The notes beneath the pieces are model-generated. The model was given only the letters and a program-made list of their open reading frames with translations, was not told the DNA's origin and searched no databases. Of a DNA stretch of 64,000 nt, positions 60,479 to 64,000 are shown piece by piece. The stretch is from an uncultured Verrucomicrobiae bacterium. GTDB taxonomy: Bacteria; Verrucomicrobiota; Verrucomicrobiia; Limisphaerales; Palsa-1400. The stretch's first letter is position 1. Each line of letters begins with the position of its first letter. Where the stretch lies: the NCBI GenBank assembly GCA_963707025.1, contig CAVPOM010000014.1:192001-256000 (forward strand). Reading direction: 5' to 3'. The translations under genes and the position numbers were made by a program.

Positions 60479-60540
60479 CGGCCTGTAGTATGGCATGTTT
60501 CCCGGCGCGGTTCAACCTTTGCTCTGGCGCCGGTTTGCCT

Positions 60541-61347
60541 TCACAACACAATCTCGGTTCCCACAGCCGCATTGGCGCGCATTTCCAAAAGCACGGCATG
60601 GGCCACCCGCCCGTCCACGAAGAATACTTCCTTCACACCCGCCCGCACCGCCGCCACCGCGCTGTCCACCTTGGGAATCATTCCCTGGTCAATCACGCCG
60701 GACTTTTTCAAACCCTCCACTTCTCCCGCGGAGAGGCGCGGGATGAGCGTTTTGGGATTCTTTGCATCGCGCAACAAACCGGGAACGTCGCTCATGAACA
60801 CCAGCCGTTCGGCCTGCAAGGCGATGGCCGTCTCGGCCGCCGCCACATCCGCGTTGCAATTATAGATTTGGCCGTCCTGGCCGCGCGCCGTCGGGCTGAC
60901 CACCGGGACGATTCCATTCCGGACGCATTGCCGCAAAGGCTCCGTCTTCACCGCCACCACTTCGCCCACAAATCCCGGATCCAGCCGCTGCCCGTCCGGC
61001 CCCAAAAGCCACAGCTTGCGGCAGGTAAAAATCTCCGTGCCGGAAAATCCCTTCGCTTTTCCTCCCAGCCCGTTAATCGTACTGACAATCTGCGGATTGA
61101 TCTCTTGCGAGAGCACGCGCTCCACCACCCGCGCCGCTGCTTCATCCGTGACCCGCATTCCTTGCAGGAACTTCGCCGCCTGTCCCGCCCTGGCCAGGGC
61201 CGCGGTGATCGCCTTGCCGCCGCCATGCACCAGCACCGGGCCGATCCCCGCCGACGCCAGAAACACCACATCCCGCGCCACGCCCGCCCGTCCCGCCGCC
61301 TCGGGCGAGTCCATGAAACTCCCACCATATTTAATGACAAAAATCAT
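60541..61347 (-). CDS. argB: Acetylglutamate kinase
   Basis: VIKYGGS, VHGGG, G.RVTD, YNCNAD, SDVPG, GMIPKV, IDG-like VDGR, GT. Confidence 0.95.
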   Translation of the reverse strand: MIFVIKYGGSFMDSPEAAGRAGVARDVVFLASAGIGPVLVHGGGKAITAALARAGQAAKFLQGMRVTDEAAARVVERVLSQEINPQIVSTINGLGGKAKGFSGTEIFTCRKLWLLGPDGQRLDPGFVGEVVAVKTEPLRQCVRNGIVPVVSPTARGQDGQIYNCNADVAAAETAIALQAERLVFMSDVPGLLRDAKNPKTLIPRLSAGEVEGLKKSGVIDQGMIPKVDSAVAAVRAGVKEVFFVDGRVAHAVLLEMRANAAVGTEIVL

Positions 61348-61360
61348 AATCTTCTTCCCC

Positions 61361-62698
61361 TCAACCGCCCAGCGACGCGGGATCCGTCACATCGCCCTTG
61401 TTGAACTCCACGTAGGACTCGGTCAGGTCGGCGGAATAAATCACGGCGGAGGCGCGGCCGAGATGCAGGTGGATGTGCAGGTCAAAGGCCGGAGCGGCGC
61501 TGATCTGGCAAAGGGCGCCAAAGGAAACATCCGCCGGACGGCCCCGCCTGAGGGAATATAACACCTCGCGCCGGCCGGGCAGGCTGTAACCGACATCAAT
61601 TTTACTCTCCACCAGCGCCGCCGCCGAATATCCCAGCGCGCACAAGATCCGCCCCCAATTCGGGTCCCCCCCGCACCAACTGGTTTTCACCAGCGTGCTG
61701 TTGGCCACCGCCCGCGCCGCCGCGTCCGCGTCGCCCGGGGATTTGGCCCCCGCCACACGAACGGTAACGAAACGCGAAACCCCCTCGCCATCCAGCACGA
61801 TCTTTTTGGCCAGCTCCAGCGCGACATGATCCAAGGCGGCCTGGAAATGGCGGCGGTCTCCCGCACGCGCGGTCAGCGGCGGATTTCCGGCCCGGCCGTT
61901 GGCCAGGATCAGCACGGTGTCGTTGGTGCTCATGTCGCCGTCCACCGTGATGCGGTTGAAACTCCCCGCCACCGCTTCGTTCAGCGCGGCTTGCAGGAAT
62001 TTCGCCTCCACCGCGGCGTCGGTCGTCAGGAAACAGAGCATGGTGGCGTGCCACGGCCGCAAGGCGGGCCGCACCCCGGTTGGGCTCATGCCCGGCTGGA
62101 TCATGCCCGCCCCTTTGCCAATGCCGCCCAGCCGGACTTTCTTGCCGCCCAGTTCAATCTCCACCGCGATTTCCTTCCGCCGCGTGTCGCTGGTCATGAT
62201 GGCTTCGGCCGCCTGCCGCGCTCCGTCCGGTCCGCTCTCCAGCAGGTGCGCCGCGTCAATTATTCCTTTTGTGACTTGGGCCATCGGCAAGGGCACCCCG
62301 ATGCGCCCGGTGGAAGCGACCAGGACTTCGCGCGGGGAAATTTCGCGGCCACGGCAAGCCGCGGCGACCGCCCGGGCCATCGCCCTGGCGTCCCGCAGGC
62401 CCTGACGGCCGGTGCAGGCGTTGGCGTTGCCGGAATTGACCACGATGGCCCGGGCCGTCCCGCCCGCCACACGTTGCACACAAAGCTTGACCGGCGCGGC
62501 GCAAACGCGGTTGGTGGTGAAAGTTCCTGCCACGGCCGCCGGCGCGTCGGAAACGATCAGTGCCAGGTCCCGTTTCCGGCCTTTGTCGGAGCCTTTGCCC
62601 GTGCCGAGGCGTTTGATGTCACAAAACACTCCCGCGGCCCGGAAGCCTTGCGGCGCGGTGACAGAACCGCCGATGTCCTGGAAGGAAACCGGTTTCAC
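61361..62698 (-). CDS. argJ: Bifunctional ornithine acetyltransferase
   Basis: FTTN...AAP, NSGNANACTG, STG.IG, IMTSD, KGAGMI.P, ATML, DGDMSTND, DGEG; GTG start inferred. Confidence 0.95.
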   Translation of the reverse strand: MKPVSFQDIGGSVTAPQGFRAAGVFCDIKRLGTGKGSDKGRKRDLALIVSDAPAAVAGTFTTNRVCAAPVKLCVQRVAGGTARAIVVNSGNANACTGRQGLRDARAMARAVAAACRGREISPREVLVASTGRIGVPLPMAQVTKGIIDAAHLLESGPDGARQAAEAIMTSDTRRKEIAVEIELGGKKVRLGGIGKGAGMIQPGMSPTGVRPALRPWHATMLCFLTTDAAVEAKFLQAALNEAVAGSFNRITVDGDMSTNDTVLILANGRAGNPPLTARAGDRRHFQAALDHVALELAKKIVLDGEGVSRFVTVRVAGAKSPGDADAAARAVANSTLVKTSWCGGDPNWGRILCALGYSAAALVESKIDVGYSLPGRREVLYSLRRGRPADVSFGALCQISAAPAFDLHIHLHLGRASAVIYSADLTESYVEFNKGDVTDPASLGG

Positions 62699-62700
62699 AA

Positions 62701-64000
62701 CTACCGCTTCTCCATGCGGCGGCGCAGGGTTTCGTCGAGTATTTTTTTTCGCATCCGCAGGTTGAGCGGGGTGGCTTCCACATATTCGTCCGGCCCGATG
62801 TACTCCAGCGCCCGTTCCAGGGACATTTTCAGCGGGGGATCCAGTTGAATGCCTTTGCCGTCGCCCTGGGAACGCATGTTGGTCAGCCGTTTGGCCTTGC
62901 ACGGATTGACCGGGATGTCGTTTTCCCGCGCGTTTTCGCCCACGATCATGCCTTTGTAAATTTTGTCACCCGGCTCCACCATCAAGCGCCCGCGTTCCTG
63001 GACCATGTTCAAGGCGTAGGCCATGGCCTCCCCGTTCTCCATGCTGACCAGCGATCCGTTCTTGCGCGCCAACACTTCCCCGCGGTGCGCCCCGTACTCG
63101 TGGAATAAATGGCTCATCACCCCCAGGCCGCGGGTCATGTTGACCAAATCGGTTTCAAACCCAATGAGGCCCCGCATCGGCATCAAAGCCTCGATGGTGA
63201 CATCGTTGCCGTGGTGGTCCATCTGGGTGATTTCGGCCTTCCGGCCCGACATGTTTTCCAAAACCGCCCCCATCGTTTCCTTCGGTATTTCCAAATACAC
63301 TTTCTCAATCGGTTCCAGCACCTTGCCCGCGGCGTCCTTGCGGTTGATGACTTCGGGACGGGAAACCAGCACTTCGTAGCCTTCGCGCCGCATCTGTTCG
63401 ACCAGGATGGCAATTTGCATCTCGCCCCGCCCGGCCACGTTGAAAACGTTGGGCAGATCGGTCTGGGATATCCGCAGGGCCACGTTGGTGCGGATTTCCC
63501 GCGTCAGCCGCTCCCAAATGTGCCGCGCGGTGACCAGCTTGCCATCCAGCCCCGCCAGCGGACCATCGTTGACGGCAAACTGCATCTGAATGGTCGGCGG
63601 ATCAATCGGCACGAAGGGCAGCGGCTGGCGCGTGACCACGTTGGTGATGGTTTCGCCGATGAAAACATCCTCAAACCCGGTCACACCCACGACATCCCCG
63701 GCATGGGCTTCGACGATTTCCATGCGCTTCAACCCTTCAAAATGAAACAGCGCCGTAATTTTTCCTTCCGTTTTCCGGCCGTCCCCATGCAGGCAAACCG
63801 CCGCATCACCGACTTTGGCCTTGCCGCTGTAAATCTTCCCAAAGGCGATTCGGCCCAGATAATCGGAATAATCCAGATTGGCCACCAGCATCTTGAATTC
63901 CGTGCCCGCATGGGCGCGCGGCGGGGGGATGTGCTGGATGATGGCGCCAAAGAGCGGCTCCATGTTCGTGCTTTCGTCCTTCATGTTGATCTTGGCATAG
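62701..64000 (-). CDS. typA: Translational GTPase TypA/BipA (C-terminal part; runs off the window)
   Basis: GRGE...ILVE.MRREGYE, EP.E, RGLIG, GMIVGENAR, K.LTNMRS, DEYVE.TP. Confidence 0.96.
   Translation of the reverse strand, partial: YAKINMKDESTNMEPLFGAIIQHIPPPRAHAGTEFKMLVANLDYSDYLGRIAFGKIYSGKAKVGDAAVCLHGDGRKTEGKITALFHFEGLKRMEIVEAHAGDVVGVTGFEDVFIGETITNVVTRQPLPFVPIDPPTIQMQFAVNDGPLAGLDGKLVTARHIWERLTREIRTNVALRISQTDLPNVFNVAGRGEMQIAILVEQMRREGYEVLVSRPEVINRKDAAGKVLEPIEKVYLEIPKETMGAVLENMSGRKAEITQMDHHGNDVTIEALMPMRGLIGFETDLVNMTRGLGVMSHLFHEYGAHRGEVLARKNGSLVSMENGEAMAYALNMVQERGRLMVEPGDKIYKGMIVGENARENDIPVNPCKAKRLTNMRSQGDGKGIQLDPPLKMSLERALEYIGPDEYVEATPLNLRMRKKILDETLRRRMEKR

Overview
A GC-rich bacterial chromosomal segment. 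Gene content and repeat style suggest Verrucomicrobiota (Pedosphaera/Limisphaerales-like); this is an inference. Left third: a MoxR AAA+ / DUF58 / BatA-vWA / vWA-GATase-like / giant coiled-coil cluster converges on four tandem, secreted prenyltransferase/squalene-cyclase-fold paralogs. The cluster is interrupted by an HUH (Y1) transposase flanked by 77-bp palindromic repeats (REPtron-like) and by a PadR-membrane protein pair. Middle: S53 peptidase, PepSY-like repeat protein, tRNA-Pro(CGG), and a nucleotide-sugar modification cluster wrapped around a large LamG/Ig/cohesin surface protein. Then ispF, a C26 hydrolase, an NtrC-type regulator, GH2, a lone SLATT-like membrane gene, a repeat-rich 1.1-kb intergenic stretch, ppdK and GH116. 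Right: aroD, an FHA protein, a pterin dehydratase, a two-component pair, miaB, an AhbAB-like gene, argF-argD-(nucleotidyltransferase)-argB-argJ and a partial typA. Seven small frameshifts in five genes are most simply explained as sequencing errors. All family calls come from motif recognition by eye; no searches were run.
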